A DNA stretch of 61,876 nt, filler included, from Sphacelaria rigidula (Eukaryota), in the NCBI GenBank assembly GCA_964200075.2. It is 8 parts of 8 records of this genome, joined end to end, with 100 filler letters (N's around TTAATTAATTAA, not from the genome) between each part and the next. Parts side by side here need not be neighbours in the genome. Positions count along the whole stretch, not along the records: positions 1 to 7,647 come from CAXNAA020013943.1; positions 7,748 to 15,394 come from CAXNAA020013944.1; 6 more parts are not named here. One strand, given 5' to 3'. Shown in pieces: positions 1-11,097 of this stretch. The position numbers were made by a program, and so were the translations under genes. Each line of letters opens with the position of its first letter. Within the stretch, counting starts at the first letter, position 1. Under the pieces are notes generated by a model. The model was given only the letters and a program-made list of their open reading frames with translations, had not been told where the DNA came from and ran no database searches.

Positions 1-50
1 GGCTGTGACCCACCCTGGTGCACGGTCGAGGGTTTGCTCCTTGCCGCCGG

Positions 51-100
<50 letters not shown>

Positions 101-913
101 CGCGGCATCACTCTCGACTACGTGAATACGGATCAGTGCGAGCAGGCCTATGTGTGATCGTTGTTCCACACCATATCCGTGTGCAGCTACCGTTAGCACT
201 GTGCGCATTTCCCGTTGTCTGGTGCCCCATCCTGTTGACAAAGCGCGAAACTTGAGCCATGGTTTCCAATAGTCGCGCATCAGACCAAAAATGGGCAAAA
301 ATACACGCAGTGAGGGTGGCCTGGAACACCAACCTCAAGGATCAGCTTTGGACGTATCGTTGTCCATTTATCCATAATTTCGAAGCTGTACTACATACCC
401 CACGCCACGCCACGCAGTGTACGTGGCCTCGAACGCTACACAGGCATGGTAGATGTTGGAGTCTTGTGCAGTCATTCCGAAGTAGGGTACGGGAAAGTAG
501 CGCATCTTGCGTGCCACATGAGTTCGTATAAATAATTCAAGACATTTCTTGAACGCGTTGGCTAAGAACAGCACTCATGCCTTACAGGTGCCACGATTTG
601 CAGTCCCGTATCATATATCATATCTCATACTTCTGCTTACAGGTCCCAGGCCAGAAGGCACGGCTTTTAGGAGCGGAAAAAAGCTGTGCATGCCCGAGAA
701 GCAGGAGGCAATACCAAATAAAGATGAGCGCCGACTGCCCAAGCTTTGCGCTACAGGTAAAAAGAAAAGAAAAAGAGTGACACCGTCCACCCCGCGATAT
801 TACGTCGTTGGCGACGCTTCAACATGTTAGCCATGTGGAACGACGCTCGCTCCCATTATCCCCATTTCCATCTGCTGCCCTATTCCCCACGTGTTGTAAC
901 GCCCTTTGGTCGC

Positions 914-960
914 TCAGCCTGTTGACGTCCCTGACGCTTCCTTTATCGAAGTGATCGACA
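914..960 (-). CDS. ATP15: ATP synthase epsilon exon 3 (terminal, TGA stop)
   Basis: Pyrimidine-rich acceptor tgcttttgctttggcag|TG; phase 1 fits exon 2; ends at TGA 916-914. Confidence 0.75.
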
Positions 961-3493
961 CTGCCAAAGCAAAAGCAACGTGTATTGACGGAACGAGACA
1001 AGGTAATTATCATGGCAGACAGGGGAAAATCGTGTTCAAGAGAGTAGCGCAGCTTCGCCATGTCATGCGCATGGGAGGCTGGCTCGAGCTGTTTTCGTTT
1101 CTTCAAAAAATAACGCATATTCCACGATACGGAAGAAATCTTGCGAGAGAACATGGCAGAGAGGCTCAAAGACTTCTGGATCTAATGGCCTTCGAACAAT
1201 AAGTCACGGTGGACGAGGATCCTCCACGCTATCATGGACATCATTGTGGCAAAAACATCCACCCAGTGCTCAGCGCAATGTACCCCAAGGCATATTCCTC
1301 ACATACCCGTTAGAAGGCTCACCGTGACCAGCCAAATACATATCTTAACAACACGTGCCGCGCCAAAGAGTTTACAAAAGTTCGTATAACAGCTAGGAGG
1401 TTCTGGCGTGTGTGCGTTTGGTACACTTTGAATTCCTCGGGACGAGTCCATCCTCTCAAGGACCCAACACATCTCTCCCCCGGCACACGCCTTGCAATTT
1501 GGTATCGCGGATGGGATCAGCACTCCTGGACCGCGTGGACTGTAATTTTTCTTCTTTTATTTGTCGCACTTTGAACCTCTCCCCTTCCTGCATGATCATG
1601 AGTACATCCTTCCTCGGGACGAGTCCGTGGTCTCAAGAGATCAACCGATCTGTCCACGGTAATGTTAACTCTTTTACGCAAATCTAGAAACAAAGACCAA
1701 CGCATCTGCCGGGAATCGAAGCTTGCGCTCCAAAGTTACAAATTGTGACATTACACCACAGGGGCGGGTTCAACAGCTTCGAACGGTCAAGGCACAGACT
1801 CATATACGGTCGCAGTTTTCACCGAGTTTCGATACTCACCCTTGCCGGTACCCTTGCCCTCGACGAAGACATTACGGTTGTACTTGACTGCTTCCCTCCC
1901 CAAGGCAGCCGTGCGCGCCGGCTCCTTCAGGGCGCTGCGCAAAGTGGTGGTCGCCTTAGCGGCGTACTGATGTGCGGATGATGACAAACACACAATACAA
2001 ACGGATGACGGAGGGACGAGCGGTAAATTATCGGGGAAAGAGGGTCAGAAGATCAGTAGTAAACTCGTACCGGGAGTAGGATAAAGATTTCAAGGAAGGG
2101 GGGGGACAGAAATATAACGAACTACGACATATGGGTGAGTCTCAAGCCCTTCGTTCTGTGTCCTTCATTCGATGCAACGGCCGCGCTGCTTCGTCACACA
2201 GCGATAGCCCACATCTACGGTTCAAAACTGAAATCAACCAAAATAGACCAGCAGGATGCAATGCGTTAAAGTTTTCGCACGCCGTAGGGCTCATCTTAAC
2301 CTTTTGACCGCCGGAGGTGTCCCATCTGTGAAATCAGCATCACTTTTTTAGTCCCTTTCCAAGTGAAAAGCATACCGTTTCCACAAATGGACACCTCCGG
2401 CAGTCAAACGGGACTAAAATAGAAGCGGAGGACGAGCCAAGCGTCCGACAGCAGCATGTTGATTCATCGCCGGGCGGGGCGGGGCGATGTCGTGGCAACC
2501 AATCAACATGCTGCTTCTGGACGCGTTCTTTGCTCTTCGCCTTTTGTTTCGGTCCCGTTCAGATGGGCCCTTACTGTTTACGCTACCGCGAACTGCTCGT
2601 GCTGCTACTGAACAGATATACCGCAGCGATATCTACAGTACAGAGATGCAACGTTTTCGCAGGCCTCGGCGCTTCGTTATGTGTTTTCATCGACTGCCAC
2701 GGTCACGATGTTCCCGCACACTTTCGTAAGCAACACCTTACAGTACATGACGGGTAACGAAGTCAACTACAGGTCAGTAGGATGCACATTATTTGCAGTT
2801 TTTGCACGGCCGTCCTGCTTGCGATATCCAGGAGTTGCTCAATGCCGCTCAGGACATACTTTGGACCACAACTACTTGTGCTCGATGGGCAGTGCGGCGT
2901 GGCGATCTGCGGTTGTTTCGAACGATGCAGATGTTGCGTGTAACGTAGATGTAGACAACATCCTCAGGTACGTACCGTGTCCAGTGAAATTAACTGCATT
3001 GGTACTAACTGCAAAGCTTTTGAGCGAAATGCTGTTTTGCTCCACAGCACCAAGACGTCTGTTTCAATACTCGCTCACCCGCGCCGATGCCATCACTGAC
3101 AGTGAACCGAAACGCACGACCTCAAAGGAGAATGCAAAACAGCGAAGCGGCCTGAGTTGCCATCGCGGCCCATGGGGATGTACAGTATATTGGCGAATCA
3201 CAGCGAGTGAAGACGAGCTATGTAGCTTCCATCTCCTCCGAAAATTCGACAGTGGGGTGTACGTAACAAACTGGACTGCCTAGCAGACTCCGGCTAACCA
3301 GTACATGCATCCACGACTTGACAACCCAGGTCTGTGGCCCTTCCTCGAGCGTAGTGCTGGTGTGTGCCCGTGCCTGGGAACACAGGAGACACAACCTCCA
3401 ATTCGCGCAAACTTTTCAAACACAAGCGCTGCACACATGACTGACCTCGAGATAGCTCATGCCCGCCAATCGCCAGAAAGTGGTCGCAGACAT
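914..3493 (-). CDS. ATP15: Mitochondrial ATP synthase F1 subunit epsilon, complete 3-exon gene: complement(join(914..960,1840..1966,3446..3493)), 73 aa
   Basis: Manual splicing gives MSATTFWRLAGMSYLE|YAAKATTTLRSALKEPARTAALGREAVKYNRNVFVEGKGTGK|VSITSIKEASGTSTG*. Both introns are GT..AG with consistent phases (0, then 1). The FWRxAGMSY...ALKEP...RE pattern matches the F1 epsilon (ATP15/ATP5F1E) family. Confidence 0.92.
1840..1966 (-). CDS. ATP15: ATP synthase epsilon exon 2
   Basis: Acceptor ...gcacatcag|TAC; donor AAGG|GTGAGT; 127 nt; lies within ORF 1787..1993. Confidence 0.92.
2296..2411. mobile_element. piggyBac-like MITE variant in an ATP15 intron
   Basis: Begins TTAACC; TIR tttgaccgccggaggtgtcc pairs with ggacacctccggcagtcaaa. 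Confidence 0.6.
2409..2557. repeat. ~150-bp hairpin repeat family (core CAGCATGTTGATT / AATCAACATGCTG)
   Basis: Imperfect inverted repeat; relatives at ~5044-5190 and two tandem copies at 42486-42790. Confidence 0.7.
3446..3493 (-). CDS. ATP15: ATP synthase epsilon exon 1 (MSATTFWRLAGMSYLE)
   Basis: ATG in context aatcaccATG; donor GAG|GTCAGT; carries the W-R-x-A-G-x-S-Y signature. Confidence 0.9.
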
Positions 3494-3778
3494 GGTGATT
3501 CTATCCCTCACTAGACAATTAGACTCCTCCCGTTTTGATACACACAACTGGCGCAAAGCGAACCCAGTAACCCGTAATCACCACGTATGGCGTGAGCCAT
3601 ATTCCAACACGATTAATACTCATGTCATAATCTAACATCGTGACCAATCAGCTAGCGGTCAGTGTCTTGTAAAGGATACGACCAGGGTTTCTCCGCCCCG
3701 CCAGGTCACGGTAGCCGTGGAGGTATCACTGTACACATTTGACTGGGGAAAACTCTCTGCACTGACCAAATTGAGAAC
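3494..3778. promoter_or_regulatory. Candidate bidirectional promoter / 5' UTR region
   Basis: 285 bp between the divergent ATGs at 3493 (-) and 3779 (+). Confidence 0.45.
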
Positions 3779-3940
3779 ATGGGTCGAATTCCGTTGCTCC
3801 GAGCGGTGGCGATAACATCGGGCGTGCTTTACGGTATTGTGGGAGGCGCAGCGGATTCTGGAGTGTCTGATGCATCGTTTTCGGCGGCGGTGGGGCTGTT
3901 TGACAAAGCTAAGGCTGCGCTGGAGTGCAACGTCTGCAAG
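3779..3940 (+). CDS. Probable first exon of a secreted protein with a CxxC motif (possibly saposin-B/Canopy-like)
   Basis: MGRIPLLRAVAITSGVLYGIVGGAA is signal-peptide-like, followed by ...ALECNVCK and a phase-0 donor AAG|GTGATC. Downstream exons could not be confidently identified. Confidence 0.5.
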
Positions 3941-5190
3941 GTGATCGCTGATAACACACTACAGTAGTGTGATTGCTGTATTTGTCACGTCTCTCCCGCT
4001 TTTGCTTTGTCCACGTGCGGCCTGCTTTTAGATAACGTTTTCCAGATGCGTTGGACACGTCAAGTGCGGCGGGATTCGAATATTTCAGCCGCTGGGTACT
4101 CCGTTTGGGGTTCCTGCGGGGTGGTGCAGACTGTACTGTGTGCAAGAAAATACGGCCTGTACTGTGTGTACGTCACTGTGGTGTCCATTGCGTGTATGCC
4201 GCCTGCACTGTTGCGGAAGAACCATGAATTTCTCCCCGACTCTTGTTCAGTCTTTTCCTGGACCTGGCGTGTCCCCCAAGTCAGACGTCTTCCCTAACAT
4301 CGCTAAGCATACAGTTTGGAAGTTGCCCACCCGATGTTGAAACCTAAAAGTCATACTTTTGACGCCGTTTCGCCTACAGCGCCGCCTGTGCGTTCCCCAG
4401 CCACCGTCTGAACTTTGGCCGAGAAAAAAACTGCGGCCACCGGAGAACGAAAAGGTGCCCTAGAACGGTCTCAACGAGTAACGATACTTCTCACATTCTG
4501 TGTACGCAATGCAAAGATTGTATCGTCCGTACTGAACTCCCCACGGAACCCTGCATTGCAGGACGTGCGTAACCTTTGCGTTCGCCATGACGGTACGGAT
4601 GTAAGCATGGGGTGGCATCCTCGCATTCCTCTTGCCACCCTTCTGTACGAGCACAATACTCGCAAAACCCTTGTGTACAAGCTTGACAAGGACCGCGTTC
4701 CACCATACACTATCGAGTATGTGTTCCCACTGACTTGCAGTGAACGACTGGCTCGCCCGATCCGGATGATGCCACGTGGAAGAGGGCAAAATTAGGAAAT
4801 ATCAGCGATATAGTCTCCTGGCTTTGGCGCGTGGTTGACTGACACCTGATTCCGGATCCCACCACGTGGAGCGGCGCAAGATTAGGCAGGATCCCAAGTG
4901 AAAATATTCGCAAAAAAATACACAACAAGCAGCGTAACATTCGCGGGTTGTCTCCGTTTTAGTTAGTTCCGGTTCGCGCCTTTGTGCCGTTTCGCTGCTT
5001 TTAGATTCTGAAGCGTTTCTCGCGTGTTGGGGCCCATATCTTCACGGGACCAAAAAGAGAGGTGTGGAACGAAACAAGCGTCCAAACTTCAGCATGTTAG
5101 TTAGTTGCCGCAACCATAGACCCGTCCGGCGACCAATCAACATGCTGCTTTTGGACACGTGTCTTCTCAGACGCTTTACGCTTCAATTCG

Positions 5191-5298
5191 TTAAACCCTT
5201 TGACCGCGAGCATAGGTCATGTGTTGGATCAGTCTCATTTTTACTCGAGAAAAATGACTGCAGTGCCAGATTATCTATCCTCGCGGTCAAAGGGTCAA
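5191..5298. mobile_element. ~100-bp piggyBac-like MITE
   Basis: ccctttgaccgcgag ... ctcgcggtcaaaggg TIRs with TTAA-like flanks. Confidence 0.7.
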
Positions 5299-5333
5299 CA
5301 TCGGTCCTTATTGGCTCATTTCATTAATCGATT

Positions 5334-6016
5334 TCTCTTGTTGCCGTACGAGTACTCCTATGTGTTTACGGTACGTGTTTTATGAAGTGCAGCACAATGT
5401 TTTCTGTTGATGCCATTTTCAGCTTCGATGTTCTCCAAGAACAACAACATAATTTCGCGAAAGATTTTTTTTTTTTTTCTAGCATTTCGACGAGATTTTT
5501 CCCACCCCACAACTCGAGGATCAATTTCGGCGGGCTGGAGCTATTGGCCGGCTCGAGTTGACGCGATGGTACCCTACCCCAGAGATCAAAATGCAAGCCA
5601 TTTACCCCGAGAGATTAACCGACGAGAAAAAGTAAGGACGGCAAGACCAGGGAGTAGGAAATAACCTTTCTTTGCATTTTCCCTTTCTTTTCTCCAGTTT
5701 GCTCTCTTTATCTCTTTCTCCTCGGTGAATCTCTCGGGGTAAATGGCTTGCATCTTGGTGTCTGGGGTAGGGTACCGTCGCGTCAACTCGAGCTAGCCAA
5801 TAGCTCGAGCCCGCCGAAATTGATCCTCGAGTTGTGTGTGGAGTGGGAAAAATCTCATCGAAATGCTATTAAAAAAAAAATGGAATCTTTCATTGAGTTA
5901 GGGTGTTGCTCTTGGAGAAAATCGAAGCTGAAAATGGCGTCAACAGAAAACATTGTGCTACACTTGATACAACACGTACCGTAAACACATAGGAGTACTC
6001 GTACGGCAACAAGAGA
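5334..6016. mobile_element. Foldback / long-TIR non-autonomous element
   Basis: ~300-bp arms are reverse complements (tctcttgttgccgtacgagtactcc... / ...ggagtactcgtacggcaacaagaga). Mirrored ORFs 5366..5596(-) and 5748..5984(+). No TSD seen. Confidence 0.85.
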
Positions 6017-6929
6017 CCTGTCATGTTTGTCTTTCATCTTCCTCGAGTTGCTTCCAGCGAGTGTTTCCATTTTCTGTACCTTACGTACGTCTGTCCAGCG
6101 ACTGGGCTGTTTAACCCCCTTTCCGCCAGGTTGGGTTACCTGCCGCACCGGCGTCATTTTCACTTGAAAACTGTATGTGAGGCCCAGATGCCCCTACTTT
6201 TGTGGTATGTTTCGTAGTCGTTGCCACCCTACCCCATCTTGGTTTTTCGAAGTAAATATACACGTTGTGGAACACAGGGTGTATAAGAACCAGTATATGC
6301 AGAAGTAGCAGTGGAGAGAGCAGTGGAACACTGTTGTGGACCGATATATTCATGTTGAACCGTTTGTTGATAGCACTAACGTCACCTGTGTTCAACGGTA
6401 CCGCAGCAGCAGTAGCAAGAATAAGAACAATAATAACAACACAGCAAAGAGCACAGTGGAAACGGTGTACGATGCGTTGCACCGTCAAAACATGCTCGAG
6501 GTGTCAACGCCGACCTGAAAGTATCGGGACGCCGAAAACATCACCGAGATGTATGCTCGCGTATATATCACAGCAGTAGCCGTAACAAACGTGCACCAGG
6601 CACCCCTTGCATTACGACTGTACGGTACACTACACTACAGAACAGTGTACTGCGAAGTGTACATGTGGCGAGCGTGTACCAGTGCAGTCAGTACATTACC
6701 AGCAGAGTATGGTATACATGGCGTGACTGGAGATCAGTCGGAGGTTGTCGTGCTCCATCTAATTTAGGTGCAAGCAGTTGGTACTTCACGTATGCATGCA
6801 AATAGGCGTGTCATGTCACAGCAATTTATTCCTCGGGTGTCTAATAGGCCGTGTAAGGAAATCTGAGCCCCCTTCACGGCCAAAGGGTCCCGCAAACCCT
6901 GTGAACGGGCAAGATATGGTCTTGTTCTA

Positions 6930-7470
6930 CAAGCTGGGCCGCTGAAGATGATGCGAACAGAAATATTGAACCACGATTATGTTGCTCAATTTTGGGTCGT
7001 TTTCTATGAAAATTTGATACGATATACATGAGATATGAGACCCTAACTTTCCCCCTTTCTACATCCTTTTTTTGTGAGTTATTCGCGATTGAGTTACGAA
7101 AGAAAAAAAAAATCAAGGAGGAAGAAAGAGGTGTTGGCGCATGCGTCTTGTGCATCGTGTCAAAAGTTCATAGAAGGCGACTGAAAATTGAACAGCAAAA
7201 TCGCGCTTTTCTGTCGAAAACCAGTTCTTATGTGGGAACGGACCAGCCAAGATGCGAACAGGAAATTTGAGGCGCGGTTGCGCTGTTCAATTGCAATTCG
7301 GTTTCCATAAAACCATGACAAGATGTACAGGAGGTATGTGCAAAGACCCTACCCCCGATTTTTTTTCTAGTGAGTGAGTTTCATCGATTTTTTTGTTCCA
7401 CGAAAACAACTGTTCCGAAATCTGTGTCATCGATTGCCCACGAACAAAAAAAAACAAGAGATAGGGGGGG
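6930..7470. mobile_element. TA-flanked TIR element (CAAGCTGGGCC end), partial; same subfamily as 32879-34065
   Basis: TA|CAAGCTGGGCC start; aligns in reverse with ~33450-34065. Confidence 0.65.
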
Positions 7471-7476
7471 GGAGGG

Positions 7477-7545
7477 CGTACTCATTTATTGCTTGCCTTA
7501 GTCATTTGACCATTGACCACGCATCCCTTTCGAGACGGAGCGATA
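7477..7545 (-). mobile_element. 5'-truncated retroposon 3' end flanked by C/G tracts
   Basis: On minus: C-tract, then gctccgtctcgaaagggatgcgtggtc...gcAATAAAtgagtacg, then C-tract. Copies at 15606-15672, 15789-15838 and 54099-54129. Confidence 0.6.
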
Positions 7546-7647
7546 GGGGGGGGGGGGGGGGGGGGGGGGGGGGGTGCAGGAAAAAAAAGGCTGAAAGTGG
7601 GTCAAAATATACTCGCACCCCCGGGGTGACTGGGTGTTTTGTTTAGA

Positions 7648-7747
7648 NNNNNNNNNNNNNNNNNNNNNNNNNNNNNNNNNNNNNNNNNNNNTTAATTAAT
7701 TAANNNNNNNNNNNNNNNNNNNNNNNNNNNNNNNNNNNNNNNNNNNN
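7648..7747. other. Artificial scaffold spacer
   Basis: 44 N + TTAATTAATTAA (stops in all six frames) + 44 N. Confidence 0.99.
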
Positions 7748-7776
7748 GAGGACTACCCTCGCGGTCCAAGGGTTAA

Positions 7777-7874
7777 CCCTTAGACGGCGAGATTAGTCTT
7801 TCTGGACCATGCATACTTTTTCTTCACTTGAATTTGATCCGATTCAACAGAAGACTAACCTCGCGGTCTACGGG
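7777..7874. mobile_element. 98-bp piggyBac-like MITE with TTAA target duplication
   Basis: TTAA at 7773-7776 and 7875-7878; TIR CCCTTAGACGGCGAG / CTCGCGGTCTACGGG. Shares its left TTAA with a preceding partial copy (7748-7772). Confidence 0.85.
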
Positions 7875-8482
7875 TTAAGAAGGGCCCTATAGACCAGTAG
7901 ACTTTACCACTCGGTAGTTGACAGATAGTTCTCGGAAATTTATGGTTTGTGGACAGATGCAGTATGGATTTTAGTGTGGACACCGAAATTTGGACCTCCC
8001 TTGAACCGACTCTAATGGGAGCCTTTCAAAATTTCTGTTCAGAACTGCCTTTTTGGCCCTTCTCCGCCGTTTTACGCCTTGAAATAGAGTTGGGCGGATA
8101 CTGACGCCTTGGAATGACTTGCTCTACTCATTGAGGCCGTTCCAGGGCAACTTTTGCATTTTCCGCTGACCGCACTCTCACTTTTGGCCAAACACGGATT
8201 TTCAACAAAAAACAGTCGAGCGATCAAAAAACAGGGGGGAATTTTGATCACCTGACCGTTTTTTTCCCTGAAAACCCGCGTTTGGCCCGGTTTCGCCAAA
8301 AGCAAAAGTGCGGCTAGCGGGAAATGCAAAGTTGCCCTAGAACGGTCTCAACGAGTACAGCAAGTCGTTCCAAGGCGTCAGCATCCGCCTACTGTAGCCC
8401 TCATTTCCGGCGTAGGTCGACGGAGAAGGGCCCAAAAGGCAGTTTTCGAGAGGAATTTTGAACTGCTCCCACTAGTGTTGGC

Positions 8483-8665
8483 CTCAGCACATGAGTTTTC
8501 GATCGAAAAAGTGCGGTGGGAAACAAAAATCCTTATCTGATCTTTCATAACTTCAATCGTCTTTACATTCAACGACGATGGTTGAAACTACGACCCATCA
8601 GATCAGGACTTTTGTTTTCCACCGTACAAGTTTGATCGAAAACTGATGCGCTAGGATAGGGCCCA
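8483..8665. repeat. Palindromic ~180-bp repeat (gatcgaaa...gtgcggtgg family)
   Basis: Self-complementary; second copy at ~43795-43975. Confidence 0.65.
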
Positions 8666-8909
8666 AGACAGGGCCTTGGTTAGAGTGTAGTTGGGTCAGT
8701 CTATAAAAAAATTGATACAATATAGAGAGAGTGACTGACGACGAAATCGAACGCTTCGGCCGCCTCTTGTTAAATAGGAATCATTTCCGGGTCTCTTCCA
8801 AGTGAAAATAAACAATGGTAGTCACTGGCACGAAAAGGGGGTCGAACGGCTGAGAACGTCACTGGTACCGGAGAGACATGCAGGTTCCGTTGCATTGACT
8901 GGTGAAGAG

Positions 8910-10078
8910 AAGGGCCGGCCATAAACCCAGCATTCTCTGTGGTCACCACAACTCTTCAAGTTTCCCGAATCAGCACGACCTGAGCATATCGCTGTGAACT
9001 GCAGACAAACCTGGTAACATAAGGCACCGCCGCTGCTCGATNNNNNNNNNNCACTTTTGGCGATGATGTTATCGTACTGCACTGAGTACCGAGTACGTCC
9101 GAATTCTTCGTGCGATAGCGTGTCTGGAGACTTGCGTTTCACAAAATACGGTGGAATTACGATAGTACAAACAGCAGAAAACCTGCGCGACCACTTCCGA
9201 AAGGCAAGTTCAACAGAGCGATGAAAGCTGCTGTCGTGTTAAAACGATTGTACAGTGTTCTCCCGAAATCACAGAAGACACGTTTGCCGAGCGAAATTGC
9301 CCCTGTCTCCGCCCCGTTTCATGCTCCTAAAAAAGACGTGGCCACACTCTGCGATGAGAGGTTGTTGGTCGTGCTTGACATGAGAACTGGTCGAAGCAAA
9401 AGCGCCGTGCAGCTCCTTCAGCGCGTGCACGGCTGTATCGTAGGACGCGGGTACCGCAGCTGATGATACGGGCATGGCATCATGCATGTGGTCATGCTGG
9501 GATTCGAACTCACGACCTGTGTAATTTGAGGCTGTTGTAACAGTTCGACCACCGGGGTCACACAAAAAGTGCGACGCGAACCGCAATTTTACGTATATTT
9601 GGCTGAAACTTCACAAGGTGGTGGTTGACGCGAGTTCTCGAATGTACCCGAGCGTTGTCATTTTTGTAAACATTTTTTGAGGAAGTTATAGCATTTTTCC
9701 TGTTTTTGCTGAAACTTCAACTCGCTCTAACTTCTCGCTTTTTGCATTTTTCTTCTACACCACTCGGAGTGTTGCGCGGATTGATGATGAAAATGTTGAA
9801 ATGTTGTGTCAAAATTTCAGCGCCTAAGGCCAACTCTTATTGTGGGAGCGTCTAGAAATTTTTTTCGCAATAATTTTAAACGATTTTTTTTCCTTCTTTG
9901 CCGTAGTTGTGTATTTTGTGCCCGATCACCATGATGACAAAGAAAGAAAGAAAAAAGTCCTCTGAAATTGCTGCAAAAAATAAATTCAAACGCTCCCATC
10001 AGAGTTGGCTGAACTCTTCGATTTGCCGAACGCATCTCCACTCTTCGTTTGAAAATCACTGATGGCCGGCCCAGCTCG
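8910..10078 (+). mobile_element. Tc1/mariner-like non-autonomous element (CGAGCTGGGCC family) with degenerate left end
   Basis: Right TIR ggcccagctcg ends at 10078; internal homology to 57651-58565 and 26200-26795; tRNA-like segment at 9490-9559. Confidence 0.65.
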
Positions 10079-10201
10079 TGAGTCACCAGTGCTGGGGAAA
10101 TAGGATGTGTGACATATTTCATGAGGGAAAAGTCAAACGGCTGGGCGCGTCACTGGTTGATGGAAGTTCCGCACGGAAAATTCCCAAGAGAAATAAGTTA
10201 A

Positions 10202-10383
10202 GCCGTAGACGGCGAGGTTAGTCTTCTGTTGAATCGGCATCAATTTCGAGTGAAAAAAAAGTATGCATGATCAAGAAAGACCAAAGACTAACCTCGCGGT
10301 CTAAGGGTAGTAACCCTTAGACCGCGAGGGTCGTTTATCTGGATTATGCATACTTTTTCAAGTTCAAATTGATGCCGATTCAA
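10202..10383. mobile_element. Two adjacent piggyBac-like MITEs (second truncated)
   Basis: TTAA 10198-10201, ...ctcgcggtctaaggg at 10307, then cccttagaccgcgag from 10314. Confidence 0.75.
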
Positions 10384-10395
10384 GAGGTGGCGTAC

Positions 10396-11097
10396 TCTCG
10401 CTGTAGAAGGGTTGAGAGTGCCACGGGAACAGGTTGCCTCGATTCCGAGTAGGGAAAGGTGAGATTCTGGTGGCTAGGAAAGTCACTGGTCCCAGCGTGC
10501 ATTCCGCGGAGAAAAAGGCAAAATCTGTGAAGGGAAACCTCACAGTGCAGATACAGGGCAAATTCCCCCCCAAAACGGTCGAGCATAAATAATGAAAGAA
10601 TACTGTCCGCTCACTGTCAGGCAGCGTGACGGTTGCAGCTGCGTGCCCGAACTCGGAATGCTGATAAACATGAAACATGAGAATATAATATATGCCACAA
10701 CCATCGGGCAGTGCTCTCTCTACACCCTGGTGAACCTTCATGGTCTCTTGGCTATTTTGTCTCGAGTCAAACGAACAAGGGGCTTCCCATACCCATCATT
10801 TCTGTGCTGTAGTTGTCGCTGTGCTGTTGTGCATTCAAACACCCTGCGACGATCACGGTGCGATGTGCGCTGGAGAGTGCCTGAACAGTTGTAGTGATGC
10901 ATGCCGTGTTTCGGTCTGCACAGAATTGGGGTGGGATCAATATATACAACATAATGGTTAAATCATACTTGATCTGGGTGCGAACATGGATATTCTGATC
11001 TGGGGTGGGCCAGGCCAGGCTGGTCTTATCAACCACGTCACGGTGAACGACTCCATCTTGAGCAAGGTTTGATACGCAAGCACGCCCGGCCCTCTTG
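10396..11097 (-). CDS. Two candidate internal exons (11097-10969 and 10524-10396), unknown protein
   Basis: Each is 129 nt, AG/GT bounded, phase 2-2 and open when joined (KRAGRACVSNLAQDGVVHRD...IKFCLFLRGMHAG...). No recognisable domain. Confidence 0.3.

Noticed and set aside
3079..3093. Alternative micro-exon ATG GCA TCG GCG CGG|GTGAGC for the epsilon gene
   Set aside because: The exon at 3446-3493 supplies the conserved FWRxAG motif; this one does not.
7692..7703. Periodic TTAATTAATTAA motif every 7,747 bp
   Set aside because: Synthetic linker between N runs, not biological.
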